A stretch of 64,000 nucleotides of DNA from the human T2T-CHM13v2.0 reference genome, Homo sapiens. Shown piece by piece: positions 1 to 16,329 of this stretch. The DNA is taken from assembly GCF_009914755.1 (NCBI RefSeq), contig NC_060946.1. One strand, written 5' to 3'. The notes under the pieces were generated by a model. It ran no database searches. It was given only the letters and a program-made list of their open reading frames with translations, and had not been told where the DNA came from. A program made the translations under genes and the position numbers. Each line of letters starts with the position of its first letter. Within the stretch, counting starts at the first letter, position 1.

Positions 1-419
1 TACTAAGCAGGTGTTAGGTCACCATTTTTTACTCTTTAAGATCTGGAGAAATTGCAGCGATGAAGTGAACTTGTTAGGCAAAATATTTCCTTATTTTTGC
101 CTCTCATATTTTGCCCTAATCTAGGCCATGCTTCATTTGCTTTTTATATAATTTAAGGCTGATGAAGGTAAGTTGCGTTCAGCCTAGGACACAGTGATCT
201 AGGATTTAGCCAAAAGGCAAATATCTTTCTTCCTGCTGCTCAATTTTAGCAGCTCCATTTAAACAGCTGGTAGAAAGTAAAGCTTCAGTTTATGTGCACA
301 TAGGAGGAAAATAATATTTTGTGTTTTCTATTGTGTGTTGAACTAAGTCCTTGGCTTATTCTACTGACCGACAATGGAGATTTCCTTAAATAAATAGGTA
401 AACACATTCTAAGTTGGGT

Positions 420-1075
420 GTTCATTCATTCAACTCCCTCTTTCCCTCATCCCTCCTCTTTCTGTCCTCTTCCTTCCTCCTTTCCCCCGACTTCCCTCCC
501 TCTCCTTGTACCTTTGCTCTTTCTTCTACCTTTCTTCCTTTGTTCTCTCTCCTGAGCTCTGTCTTTGTTACAGTCAATGCTCTTGTGCAAATGTAGTAGA
601 GAATAAAACACCTGTACCCTATGCATTGCAGCTTACATTGTAGTGGGAGAGGTAGACAGTAAAGAAGCAAATATAAACATGCGACAATTTTTGCTCATCG
701 TAAGTGCTACAAAGTGTTTTGTGGTGTGTGTGTGTGAATGGATGCGAGATAGAGACAGCAGGACAGTGAGAATGAATGAGAATCATGAAAGGCCTCCTCA
801 AGGAAAGGGATATGTGAAGTGAGCTAGTGAGCTGTTCATTTAGAAGATCCAGGAAAAGTGTGTGAGGCAGTGGGAATAGCCGGTAAGAAACCCTGAGAAG
901 GGAATGAGCTTGGTGTCAGAGAAACTACAGTACAGAAGCTTGGCCTAAGTGAAGTGAGCTTGGGGGGAGCACTGTGAGATGAGGCCAGAGAAGGAAATGG
1001 TGACTCCAGAGGACGTGGGTAGGCTATGGTGAAGAGTTTCAGTTTGATTCCAAGTGTAGTCAAAAGACAGTGGTC
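420..1075 (-). mobile_element. L2 LINE fragment with embedded CT-rich low-complexity tract (~436-550)
   Basis: TTCATTCATTCAA L2 tail motif and L2-like 3' body. Confidence 0.6.
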
Positions 1076-1151
1076 CATGTGTGGTATTATTTCATTTTGT
1101 CATTTAGACATTTTGAAAACATCTCTAATTTGATCAAAATACTTAAGTTCA

Positions 1152-1940
<789 letters not shown>

Positions 1941-2954
1941 ATCTTGAAGAACTCTATCAAGCCCACTTGGTTTAATTGCCTTTGTATTCTTTTAAATGAA
2001 ACACTCCACCCTATAAGAACAGAATGCACCCTTTCTTCAAGTGCCATACAGCATTCCGTTAGATAGACCAAAAGTTTCAATGCATTTAAAAGCATTGAAA
2101 TCATACCAAGCATGTTCTCTGACCACAACAGAGCTAAACAGAAAATCAGTGTCTGAAAAATCCCCAAATATTTTGAAATTAAACTACACCCTTCTGAAGG
2201 ACTCACGGATCAAAGAAGAAATGACAAGGGAAATTAGAAAGTCCTTTGAAATGAATAAAAATGAAGAGACAACGATTACTCTTAAAATCAGAATACTAAC
2301 ATACGAACAGATAGAGATGTGTATCCTTCCCATTTGCCTGCTTCTTGAATTTCCTACTTCCTGCCTATGTTGGGGTCGTTGCAGTTTCTCCATGGGAGGA
2401 GCGTGGCTGTGCTCCTGCTGCAGGTGTGCGCCTGACCCTGGTAAAGTCTGGCTATGCCTATTTAACTAGTACTCTTAGTCATTCTACTCTAGTTTGAGTG
2501 AACGAACACTTACCATTTTCAAAGGCCACGTTCCGGGAACTATGAGGGGAATTTATGGATCAGTTACAGACCAGTTCAAGTTACAAGATCCTTATGCTAA
2601 TGTTAATTAAAATCTCATCACAGCCACTTCCTTTTTCAGTCCCACCTGGGGAATTCTGGTCCACTTCATCTCTACATGGTAGACTTTGTGAGTCTTTCTT
2701 CAGTTCCTTTCTGCAGCTTCTGTTTCTGCGAACTCTCCGTTTAATTGTTTTGACTTTTTGGAATTTTATAATCTTCAAGTATCTCTACCTTCAGTCTGGT
2801 ATCAGCTTGTTCTATTTAATTTTGTTTATCTAGGCGTCACCATTAGGCATTAAGCTAGGCACTAGGTTTTCAAATGGAATGGGAGCCTTATAAATCAGGT
2901 AATTAATTAGTGTGTGGTAAATATTTTGACAGAATGTTGGAAAGGCTAAGTAAA

Positions 2955-3230
2955 CATTCATTCAGTGAACATTTATTGGCCACCTACTGTGTACCAGGCA
3001 TTGTGCAATAGGGTCTGTCTCATCAGAGAAGACTTCAGAGCACAGTTGGCTTTTGAGTCCAATTCTGGTTATTTCAGGAGTTTTCAAGGTACAGAGAGGG
3101 GCGTGGTATTCTAGGCAAAGGTGTTTAAAGGTGAGGCTTGTAGTTGTGAAGGAGTAAAGCATGACCTGGGAATGGGTAATCTGCTCTGGCACTAGGTATT
3201 CGGTAGGGACTTGGAAATAGTGAGTGAGTG
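2955..3230 (-). mobile_element. L2 fragment
   Basis: cattcattcagtgaacatttattggccacctactgtgtaccaggcattgtg. Confidence 0.65.
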
Positions 3231-3740
3231 GCAAGAGAAAGGACTAGAAAGGTTTGGGAAGAAAGGACTAGAAGGGTTCTGGTGTTTTTTTTTTTGTTTG
3301 TTTGTTTTTTTTTTAGGGAGTTTGGTCCTATTTTAGTGGGCATAGTGTTTATTAGTGTCTTGGTGATTCTCACCAACACATACTGTCTGTATCTCTTATT
3401 CCTTTGGTTGTTATTTTGGTCACTACAATGGTCAGCGGCTCCAAGTGGTGGTGGTGAATGCCAGCCCTGTCGTATCATACTTTTGTGGAAAGTGGGGGGC
3501 GGGGGTGAACATGAATAGAGAAGGAATCCTGAAGCAAGGAGCCAAGTATGTGGTATTTTTCTGCCTGGAGTATTTCCTTCTAGGAATTAATTAATTCACT
3601 AGCTTCTTGAAATCTTTTTTTTAAAAAAAAAAGTAGAGGAGGAAGAGGTTGAGGTATAAACACATTGCTTTGAAAACACCCTTGTGGGATAAAATTTCAA
3701 TTAATTGCCCACCCTGAAATTTTTTATTTTTTTCCTTTAG

Positions 3741-3814
3741 GTTTCTTGCTATTTAAAGATTTTTGTTTGAATGAAATTAATGAAGCTGTACCTCAGGTGA
3801 AGTTTTATGAAGAG
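3741..3814 (+). CDS. GRK3: GRK3 exon 3 (RH domain; (G)[24 protein letters not shown])
   Basis: ttttcctttag|GTTTC...GAAGAG|gtaaga; 74 nt, phase 1-0. Confidence 0.97.
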
Positions 3815-4789
3815 GTAAGAAGTAACTGTTTTACTGATGCTTTTCTTTCAAAAGCATATTTAAACTGTACTTTGGAACATATTAAGACTACTTAATATCT
3901 TACAAATATTTAGAAATTCATTGAAAGTAATTAGTAGTGCAAAATATAGTATCAAGTTTGAGATGCTAACAGGTATGAAAAGCTGAGTATGCCATAAAAG
4001 TCGCATTCTTAAAGGCTTCAGAGTGCTATGGAAGCAATGAGGGACAGTTGGACTAAAGTTCCAGAGATGGGAGGCTCATCCAGAGCTGCACCAAGGAGGA
4101 CCAGTTATTTTATTTTCTGTGGAAGCGTGCTAGTTCTGGAGATGTGAGCAGAGGCAGAGGACTGCTACTAGCTTTGAAAGAGATACTAGCCAAGGTTTTC
4201 TGGTCATAATGGACTGACAAATTGGAGATTTGGTGGGGGGTGTGGTGGGGTGCTCAAATGCATGACTGATTTTCCCCATAAGAAATTTGGTGAAATCTGA
4301 GGTTGGAGGGGAGCTGAAGAGAGAGGCCAGAAACTTCCAGAAGGCACATTGAAATCTCCTACAGCCTTACAGTGCCTAGGAAACACAGACCTGCTGGAGT
4401 CTGGAGTCTGAAAACAGAATGGGCGAGAGATGGAAACTCTAGAAGATGTGGTCTGGTGACATTGGGTATCTACAGCTACTTTTCACCTAGGGTTTCTGTT
4501 GATTTCAGGTGTAGCAGGCAGATGGGCATCCAGGCTTGGCTGCTTCTGGGAGACAAAAATTGCAGAAAAGGTTTCTGGAGCTAGAGTTTAAAAATAACAC
4601 TAGAGGAGCCCCACATATGTGATTAGTCACCCTTTCAAAACACACGCCAAGTTTTCAAACTGAGTGGGGTGGGAGGCCAAAGAGCTAAGCTGAAAACTTG
4701 TAATGGGCAGAACTGACTCCAGTGCTAAGGAAATAAAAGTGTCTCCTTGAACTCCATAGACGGCGTGCCTTAGAAACAGGATCAAAGCA

Positions 4790-5092
<303 letters not shown>

Positions 5093-5889
5093 TTAAGGCA
5101 AAAGCAGACAGGGTCCTAAAAAATGACAACCCAACCTAGCGCCATCCCTCATTGGATGATGAGCTCCCTCCTTACCTGCTTACCAGAGTACAAAGGGAGC
5201 CCTTTTTTGTCTTTTTTATAGGTAGGTAATAACATTATATAAGGACTCTATAGTGTTTAGCATGCAGTAAAGAATTATGAGACATGCTAAGAAGCAAGAT
5301 CATGTGAATCATAAATAAGGCAATAAAAGCAGGCCAGCAGGTGAGTCAGATATTGGAGTTAGCAGACAATAACTTTAAAATAACTATGAATCATATGTTC
5401 AAGAAAAAAGAGAAAAAGATGGACAAAATAGATGAAGGGATACATAATTTCAGGATAATTTGAATTTATTATGAAGACTTAACCACTTTAGAACAGAAAG
5501 TACTATATTTGAAATTAGAACTAATGGTTCAGTTCAATAGCAGATTGGTTAGAGTTCCAGACACATGTAGGTTTGGAGTTTCAGAAAGAGAAGGGAGAGA
5601 ATAGGGCAAAAGCAATATTTGAAAAGATAATACTAAGAATTTTACAAAATGATGAAAGACAGCAGCTAACAGAGTTGAAAGCTTAGGAAACCCTAAGCAG
5701 AATGAATACATATGAAACACACCTTTGGGTGTCAATATAAGACTATGGAAACTATGACAAAGTTTTTAAACTAGGAAAAAAATATTTAAAATAGCCATGG
5801 TGAGCAGTGGGAAGACACAATACTTTTAAAGAGCAGCAATTTGACTGACTGACATCTTAAGAAAAATGATTTTTAAAAAAAGACAGTGA

Positions 5890-6420
<531 letters not shown>

Positions 6421-6977
6421 TTAAAAGCAAAGAAAACAAAAGTCCAGCCATTAAATACCTGAAAATACTCCAGAGCCTGTCAGTACAAGGGTGAGCCATG
6501 GGAGCAGAACCCACTGCAGTGTCACCATGTCCATCATCTTCAGCAAAGGGAACAGCAGTTAATTTCAGCCGTCTTTCCATTCCATTATACCATTTGGAGG
6601 ATCCTCAGGGGTAACACCTTTTGGAGGTGGGCATCTTCCTCATTCTCAGTGGTGCCAAGTTCATATCCTGCTGGCTTAACACGTGGTGTTACTATATTTG
6701 TGGCCTTATATGATTATGAAGCTAGAACTACAGAAGACCTTTCATTTAAGAAGGGTGAAAAATTTCAAATAATTAACAATACAGAAGGAGACTGGTGGGA
6801 AGCAAGATCAATCACTACAGGAAAGAATGGTTATATCCTGAGCAGTTATGTAGCGCCTGCAGATTCCATTCAGGCAGAAGAATGGTATTTTGGCAAAATG
6901 GGGAGAAAAGATGCTGAAAGATTACTTCTGAATCCTGGAAATTAATGAGGTATTTTCTTAGGAAGAGAGAGTGAAAT

Positions 6978-7490
<513 letters not shown>

Positions 7491-7577
7491 TTATGCCACA
7501 AGTTAACAACTGTGTGTCCAACTGTGAAACCTCAGATTCAAGGTCTAGCAAAAGATGCTTGGGAAATCCCTTGATAA

Positions 7578-8357
<780 letters not shown>

Positions 8358-9132
8358 TAGTACCAGCCAGGAGAAAACTTCTAATTCAAGTAGCCTATTT
8401 TATATGCTCACATCTGCCAAAATGTGAAGAACCTGTATAGAATTTCTACAGGGATCAAAAGAAGAAAATCTTCTTTACTCTGCACATTTTTAATGGTAAA
8501 CTGGAGTCCCAGATATGGTTCCACAAAACCACTTTTTTTTACCCCAAGTATTAAACTTTAAAGTACGATGATGAATTTTCCAACCGATTTCAGGGTCCAA
8601 AGAAAATAGAGCTAAGATACTGATGACAGTGTGAGTGATAGCATGGTAATGAAGGACAGTGAGGCTACTGCTTATAAATCATTTTCTTTCTTTTCTTCCC
8701 CAAAGTCAGAATTGCTCAAAGAAAATTATTTATTGTTATAGATAAAACTTGAGTGATAAAAAGCTATACCATAATAAAATCTAAAATTAAAGAATATCAT
8801 GGGACCAAATAATTCCATTCCAGTTTTTTAAACTTTCTTATATTTATTATTCTCAAAAGTTTTTTCTGAGTTAAATAGTCAATAGGCAATCTTAATATAT
8901 GCCTCCTTTTGCATGGACATGGGCCAGGTTTTTCAAAAGGAATATAAACAGGATCTCAAACTTGATTAAATGTTAGACCACAGACGTGGAATTTGAAAGT
9001 ATAATGCAGTACGTTAACATTCATATTAATGGAACTGAAAAGTAGAATAAGAAATTTTTCACTTCAGTCCTTTTCTGAAGAGTTTGACTTAGAATAATGA
9101 AGGTAACTGGAAAGTGACTTAATCTTGTATGA

Positions 9133-9474
<342 letters not shown>

Positions 9475-11301
9475 AATTTTTTAAGGCAATATATAATTGA
9501 AACTGTACTATCCAATCCAAGGGGAAATCTTTTAATCTTTAGATAACATGCGGAGTAAGACCCAGCATTTAAAGAGCACTTTTAAAAAAATAGACTTGGT
9601 ACTGTGAGATATTGCTAATATGTCCTTATGGTGATGGGTGCCACAAATAGAAAATAGAACCAGATCAGGGACTTGAATGCACTTTTGCTCATGTCGAAAT
9701 AGATGAACAGAGAGAGTAAAATGTATTTCAAAGAAATACGAGAAAAGAAAATGTGAAAGTTTTACAAGAAGAGGGATGGAATGTAATGTTTAATGTTGAT
9801 GTCATAGAGTGACAAAATGGCATTGTTGGCATTCATAGCTCCTCACTTAGCTATCTTCTGAGACTTTTAAGAGTTATAAGGTATAACTAACTATAAAACT
9901 AATTTTTCTTACACACTAAATGGGCATTATTTGTTCAAAATAGTGAAGTTTCGGCTTCACATTCATTCCAGTGGGATACGGCTTTTATGCAAAACATTTT
10001 TAGAACTCCAGTTTTCAAATCATGTTTGAATCTATATTCACTTTTAAAGTCTACTTAATGGTGGTCATTTTTTCCCCTTTAGAATATATTAAATAGTTGA
10101 TTTGGGGAGGAAAACTTATTCTGAATATTAACAGTGGTGAAAAGGAATGTGGAAGTTAACCTTTACCAAAAGAGGAAGTTGGCAAAAACAGCCTTCTAGC
10201 ACACTGTTTAAAATGAATAATGGCAGCCTAAACTTAACAGTTTTTACCCTGAAGTGCAAAAGTGAAACATACAAAATAAAACTATTTTTAAGAGTAACTA
10301 AAAAATTTCAAAATACAAATTTGAATAGCAGCATTAGTGGTATAAGTGTCTAGCAAAGGAAAAATTAAATCTAATAAATAAAATGAAGGTCTAGTGTGTA
10401 TGTTATAAAATACTCTCTTACAGTCACACCTTAAATTAAACCTTATACTAGGTTCCTCTATTTTCAGGATATAATTCTTAACTATCATTATTTACCTGAT
10501 TTAATCATTAGATTTGAAATTCTGTGCCATGGCATATACGTTCAAATTCAAACCATTTTAAAATGTGACAGATGGACTTCATGCAAGTTGGCAATGGTTC
10601 TCGTACTAAAAACTGTGGTTGTTTTTTCTGTTTACATAACCTGCTTAGTATTGACTCTCTACCAAGAGGGTCTTCCTAAGAAGAGTGACGTCATTATTTC
10701 CTCTTGTCAACAACTTGTGACATGAGATTCTTAAAGGGCTTTATGTGAACTATGATATTGTAATTTTTCTAAGTATATTCAAAAGGGTAACAAAATTATG
10801 TTATGTACTAAATCTGATCAGGAAAGTAAGCCAGGAAAAGTTGATGGTATTCATTAGGTTTTAACTGAATGGAGCAGTTCCTTATATAATAACAATTGTA
10901 TAGTAGGGATAAAACACTAACTTAATGTGTATTCATTTTAAATTGTTCTGTATTTTTAAATTGCCAAGAAAAATAAACAACTTTGTACATTTGAAGAGTT
11001 TTTCCAACAGCTTTTCGTCTTCAGTGTCTTAATGTGGAAGTTAACCTTTACCAAAAAAGGAAGTTAGCAAAAACAGCCTTCTAGCACACTTTTTAAAATG
11101 AATAATGGCAGCCTAAACTTAATATTTTTATAAAGTATTATAATATTGTTTTGTGGATAATTGAAATAAAAAATTCTCATTAAAAAATGAAGTGATATAA
11201 GGATATAGTTAGACAAACAAAAACTGAGGGATTTGTCAATAGTGGACCTGCATGACAAGAAATACTAAAGGGAGGTACTTTAGTCAGAAGGAAAATGATC
11301 T

Positions 11302-11520
11302 GGCCAGGCATGGTGGCTCACGCCTGTAATCTCAGCACTTTGGGAGGCCAAGGCAGGCGGATCACGAGGTCAGGAGACCGAGACCATCCTGGCTAACACA
11401 GTGAAACTCTGTCTCTACTAAAAATACAAAACAGCCGGGTGTGGTGGCAGGTGCCTGTAGTCCCAGCTACTCAGGAGGCTGAGGCAGGAGAATGGCGTGA
11501 ACCCGGGAGGCGGAGCTTGC
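11302..11520 (+). mobile_element. AluY lacking its 3' end and A tail
   Basis: AluY text ends at gagcttgc; TSD aggaaaatgatc on both sides. Confidence 0.92.
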
Positions 11521-11839
11521 AGGAAAATGATCCAGATGGAGATGCAGGGAGAAATGGAGAGCATGAAGGGTGAATATGTATGTAAAATATAAATGAATGT
11601 TGACTGTATAAAACAATAATGTCGTGTTTCTCGAGCTTAAAATAATCTAGAACTAAATTGCATGACAGTAGCACAAAATGCAGGGGAGGTTAATGAAGTT
11701 AAAATATTTTAAGTTTCTAGGATTATTGGGGGTTAGTGTAAGTAATAATTTTAGTATAAGTAATAATTTCCATTGGATTGTAATCAGTCAGGGATGTTTA
11801 TTTTAATTTCTAAGATAATTTATAAAAGAATAGTGTATA

Positions 11840-12212
11840 TAGTCATGCACTGCATAATGATATTAGGCCAACAAAAGACCACGTATATGACAGTGATCCC
11901 AGAAGATTTTAATACTATATTTTTACTGTACCTTTTCAGTAAAAGGTACGTATATTCAAAAGGTAAGTATATTCAAATGGTAAGTTTGAATATACTTACC
12001 ATTGTGTTACAGTTGCCTGCAGTATTCAGTATAGTCACATGCTGCACAGGTTTGAATCCTAGGAGCAATAGGCTACATCATACGGCGTAGGGGTGTAGTA
12101 GGTATACGATGTAGGCTCTTGTAAGCATGCTCTGTGATGTTCACACAATTATGAAATTGCCTATTGACACATTTCTTAGAACATATCCCTGTCATTAAGC
12201 TCCACATGACTG
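11840..12212 (+). mobile_element. Tigger3a/MER7-type DNA transposon
   Basis: Termini (c)agtcatgc...catgactg with TA flanks; internal cctaggagcaataggcta. Confidence 0.85.
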
Positions 12213-12851
12213 TATATCTAACAAGTTAAAAGAGGGAAAAATTAAAACAACATTTGCTAATCAACAGAAAGGCAAAAAAAGGAATATAAGTAGGACATAA
12301 AATAGGTGGGTCAAATTGCAAACAAAGAGTAAGTAGCTACAAATCTATTTAAGTAATTACATTTCATGTAAAGGATTAAATACTCCAAGTAAAAGATTAG
12401 GTTTTTCAGACTGGATAAAGAACCAACCCTCCCCCAATATACTGCTTACAAGAGATATAAACACATGGATGGAAGAGGTGATATAATACGAACACTAACC
12501 AAAGCAAAGCCGGCATAACTACACTAGTATCAGGCAAACTATGCAATAATGCTGCTTTTAAATAAAGATATGTTTCTTAATGATAACAGGGCCAATCCAA
12601 CAAAAAGATATCACAAACTGAAATCTGTAGGTTACAAATAACTTCAAAGAATATAAAGCAAAAATTGGCAGATATAAAATGACAAATCTATAATCCTGTT
12701 GGGAGATATTAACACATAACCTTCTAGAGCTTATAGAACAGACAGACAAAAAATTAGTAAGGATATAGAAGATCCTAATAAAATGATGAGTAAATTTGAC
12801 CTAATTGACATATGTAAAATGCTGCACCTAGCAAAAATAGAATTCACATTC

Positions 12852-13136
12852 TTTTTTTTTGAGATGGAATCTTGCTCTGTTGCCCAGGCAATGCAGTGAC
12901 ATGATCTCGGCTCACTGCAACCTGTCTCCCGGGTTCAACCAATTCTCCTGCCTCAGCCTCCCAAGTAGCTGGGACTACAGGCACCCGCCACCACGCTCAG
13001 CTAATTTTTGTATTTTTAGTAGAGACGGGGTTTCACCATGTTGGCCAGCCTGGTCTCGAACTCCTGACCTCGTAATCGGCCCGCCTCAGCCTCCCAAAGT
13101 GCTGGGATTACAGGCGTGAGCCACCGGCGCCCAGCC
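12852..13136 (-). mobile_element. AluS element
   Basis: Antisense dimer; TSD cacattcttt. Confidence 0.93.
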
Positions 13137-14789
13137 CACATTCTTTAACGTACACATGGAGCATCAAAATAGATCATGTGCTGAGTCCTAAAGGAAGCTT
13201 CTACAAATTTCATGATTGAAATTGCTTAGAGCATGTTCTCTGACAATAGAATTAAGCTCAAATTTAATAACAGAGTTAAACTAAAGAATCCTTAACTGCC
13301 TGAAAATGAATATACTTCTAAACAATTTATAAGTCAAAGAGGAAAGTAAAATAGAAATTAGAAACTATTTTTAATGAAAATATATTTAAGAAATGATATA
13401 TACCATTATTATTAGTGTGATATATCTTTATCCTAAAACATTAAATGGTCAAAAGAAAGCATAGCATGACTGGACCTGCCTGATATTAGTCATCATTGTA
13501 AAAATTTGAAAATTGGAGGAATATTCTTTTCTTTCTCATTTATATATGAAAATATACATAAAAATATACATACACATGAAAACTTAGAAAATTATGTTAA
13601 TGTATTTTTAGGAAGAAGGGTCAAATTATGATGTACGTTTACCATAATGTAAAAACGTAAGCTAAATCCAAAAGGATTTTACTCAGTGACCTTATTATTT
13701 CAGTCTGAATCATAATCAGGCATTTTACCTGGATACGTATCCCAGCTTGATCTGTCATAAAAAATTTCTTTCTTGTGTTTCTAAAAACTTCAACTCTCCA
13801 GTTTCAGCATTTACTAAGTCACCTTGTCAAACACAGAGAAATCTCCTTTAGCAGATAATTTTTGCTGGGTTGAAACAGATGGGCAATCTACTTGTGGTTA
13901 TTTCCTAAGTACTTATTGCAGATATGGTGGTGATTGCTGCTCATGCATTTCCATTTGAACTTGAAGCATTGGTGTTTCTCTTAGCTGGCATCCTCCCCAG
14001 CTCTTCTCACCTCTCTTCTGGCTTGGCACATGGTGGGTCTGGCTCATCAGATGATCCCCTTGGAGGATGCTGCAAAACTCCTCAGCAACCTGCTCTGTAT
14101 TCTTTGGCTGAAGATATCCTCCACTCTTGGGGCTCAAGTGCATTTCTCTAAGTCAATGCAGCCTTTACACTTTGAAGTTATTAGTAATTCTTCTCTGACC
14201 CCTCATTTTTGTCAGTTTAGTAATTTTTCTTTAATTTCTGCTTGTTGATTTGTGACCCCAATCTCTAGAAAACTCTTGTCAGGTATCTTGAAATGTACAT
14301 TTTGTACATTGTATTTCCACTTTCCTGTGTCCCCAAACAGTTACCCATTTCCCATGTTAAAGTTCTAACTGCGTATCCTGGCATTCAAAGTATCTTTACA
14401 TTACTTATTACCTACCTCTCCCTGTTAGTTTTCACTACCTTCTTACATAGAATGTCTACGTTGGCCAAACCTGACTAACCAGCATTCCCCAAATCCAAGC
14501 CCATTCTTTTTGTTACTTTACTGTGTCCTTTCCCCAGCCTAGAATGCTGCTGCTTCGCTTGTTGAAAGCCTAGCTTTCTCTAAGGTCTAGCTCAATATGG
14601 AAAATTTCTACATTTTCTAGCAAGTCTGTTTGTGCAGCTATTTCCGTCTTCTGTGATGGCTGACTCCTCTGATTCTTACACTGTTTGTTGTCTAATGCTC
14701 ATGTCATGCCTACCATGTGCCTGCTGCTTGTGTGTGTGTGGTCAGCATTTTCATCTGGACCATTATTTGACTCATCAGCAGAAGACCTA

Positions 14790-15260
14790 GCTAGGATCTA
14801 GGTGCAACGGTGCCTCTTACTTGCTGTGGGATATGGGGCAAGTCATTCAGCAAACCCTGAAGTATCTACCTTATGTCAGACCCTGAGCTTACAAATGCAG
14901 ACACTGTCCCTGTACTTGAGGCTGTCATAGTATGAGGGCTTCATATCTGAACTTCAGTTACCTCATCTATAAAGTGAGGCTAGTGATCGTCTTCTGCTTA
15001 CTTCACAGGCTAACTGTGAGTTTCAAATAGGACACCAGATGAACAATTGCTTTCTAAACCATAGTGTCTATAATATGCTGTTCCGTTACGTGCAGCATAG
15101 TGGTTGAAAGTTCTAGTGCTGAACTCTGACTGCCTGGATTTCAACTCTACTGCTTACTAGTTGTGTAAACTTGGGAAAGCTTTTCTCTACCTGGGTTTCC
15201 TTAGCTAAGAACTGGAATGATTATAGTACCTGTCTTGTAGGGTGGTTGTGTGTATACACA
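14790..15260 (+). mobile_element. MIR fragments
   Basis: cttcagttacctcatctataaagtgagg; gcatagtggttgaaag..cttactagttgtgtaaacttgggaaag. Confidence 0.6.
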
Positions 15261-15465
15261 ACACACATAGAACAGTGATGCCCCACAGCTACTGCTCTGT
15301 GTGTTGATTTATATACTTCTTATTCCAGTTAGATTTTGAGGCAGCTTATAGAAATATGTACATTATGCCTAGATTTAAAAATAAATAATGGGAAAGAGAA
15401 AATAAATATTATTCCAAGGTAAAGTTACTATATAGATTTTTTCACTGATTCAACCAATATTTATT

Positions 15466-15777
15466 TATTATTTTTTAAATTTTGAGACAGGGTCTCACTC
15501 TGTCACCCAGGCTGGGGTGCAGTGGTGCAATCATGGCTCCCTCTAGTCTTGAACTCCTGGGCTCAAGTGATCCTCCTGCCTCAGCCTCCTGAGTAGCTTA
15601 GATAACAGGGTGTACCACCACACCCAGATACTTTTTTTTTAATTTTAAAAATTTTTGTAGAGATGAGGTCTCACTGTGTTGCCCAGGCTGGTCTTGAATT
15701 TCTGGCCTTAAGTGATCCTCCCCCCATAGCCTCCCAAAGTGCTGGGATTATAGGCATGAGCTACTACTACTCCTGGC
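15466..15777 (-). mobile_element. AluJ inside an L2 fragment (~15440-16330)
   Basis: gagacagggtctcactc..ctcctgggctcaagtgatcctcc; TSD aaccaatatttatt. Confidence 0.9.
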
Positions 15778-16329
15778 ATAACCAATATTTATTAAACACC
15801 AACATTATGCCAGACACTGTTCAGATGAACAGATACAAAGAACTTATCTCTTTGAGCTTGTATTCTGGTTGAGAGAAACAGACAAGAAACAAATAATAAA
15901 CAGGAAATGTACCTGGAAGTAAAAACTGCTATGTAATGACTCAAAACCTACTCAAAACTCAGCATGTTGTATTGTGACTTGGTGACCACTTTAGATTGAT
16001 GGGTCAAAGACTGTCTGAGGAGATGACATCTAAACCCAGGTTTGAATGTTAAAGAGGCTGGTCTTTTGAAGATGGAAGCTTGGTGAGGGGGAGAGCATTT
16101 TAGGCTAAAGTTGTGGCCAAGACAGAGCCCCTAACATGGTAGGAAAGAACTGGGCATGTTTGGGGAACTGAAACAGGACTAGTGTGGTCTGGTTGTACTG
16201 CATGAAGAGAGGGGCAGGTAGTGTGAGATAAGATCAGGTTGAAGAGAGAGGCAGAGTGTTTGGGGCCAGAGTAACACATTTACATTTTATTCTAATGCCC
16301 GTGGAAAAATTAAAACAGAGGAGTATTAG

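Noticed and set aside
2041-2469. 142-aa ORF with L1 ORF2-like residues
   Set aside because: Decayed L1 fragment running into unique sequence; not an intact element.
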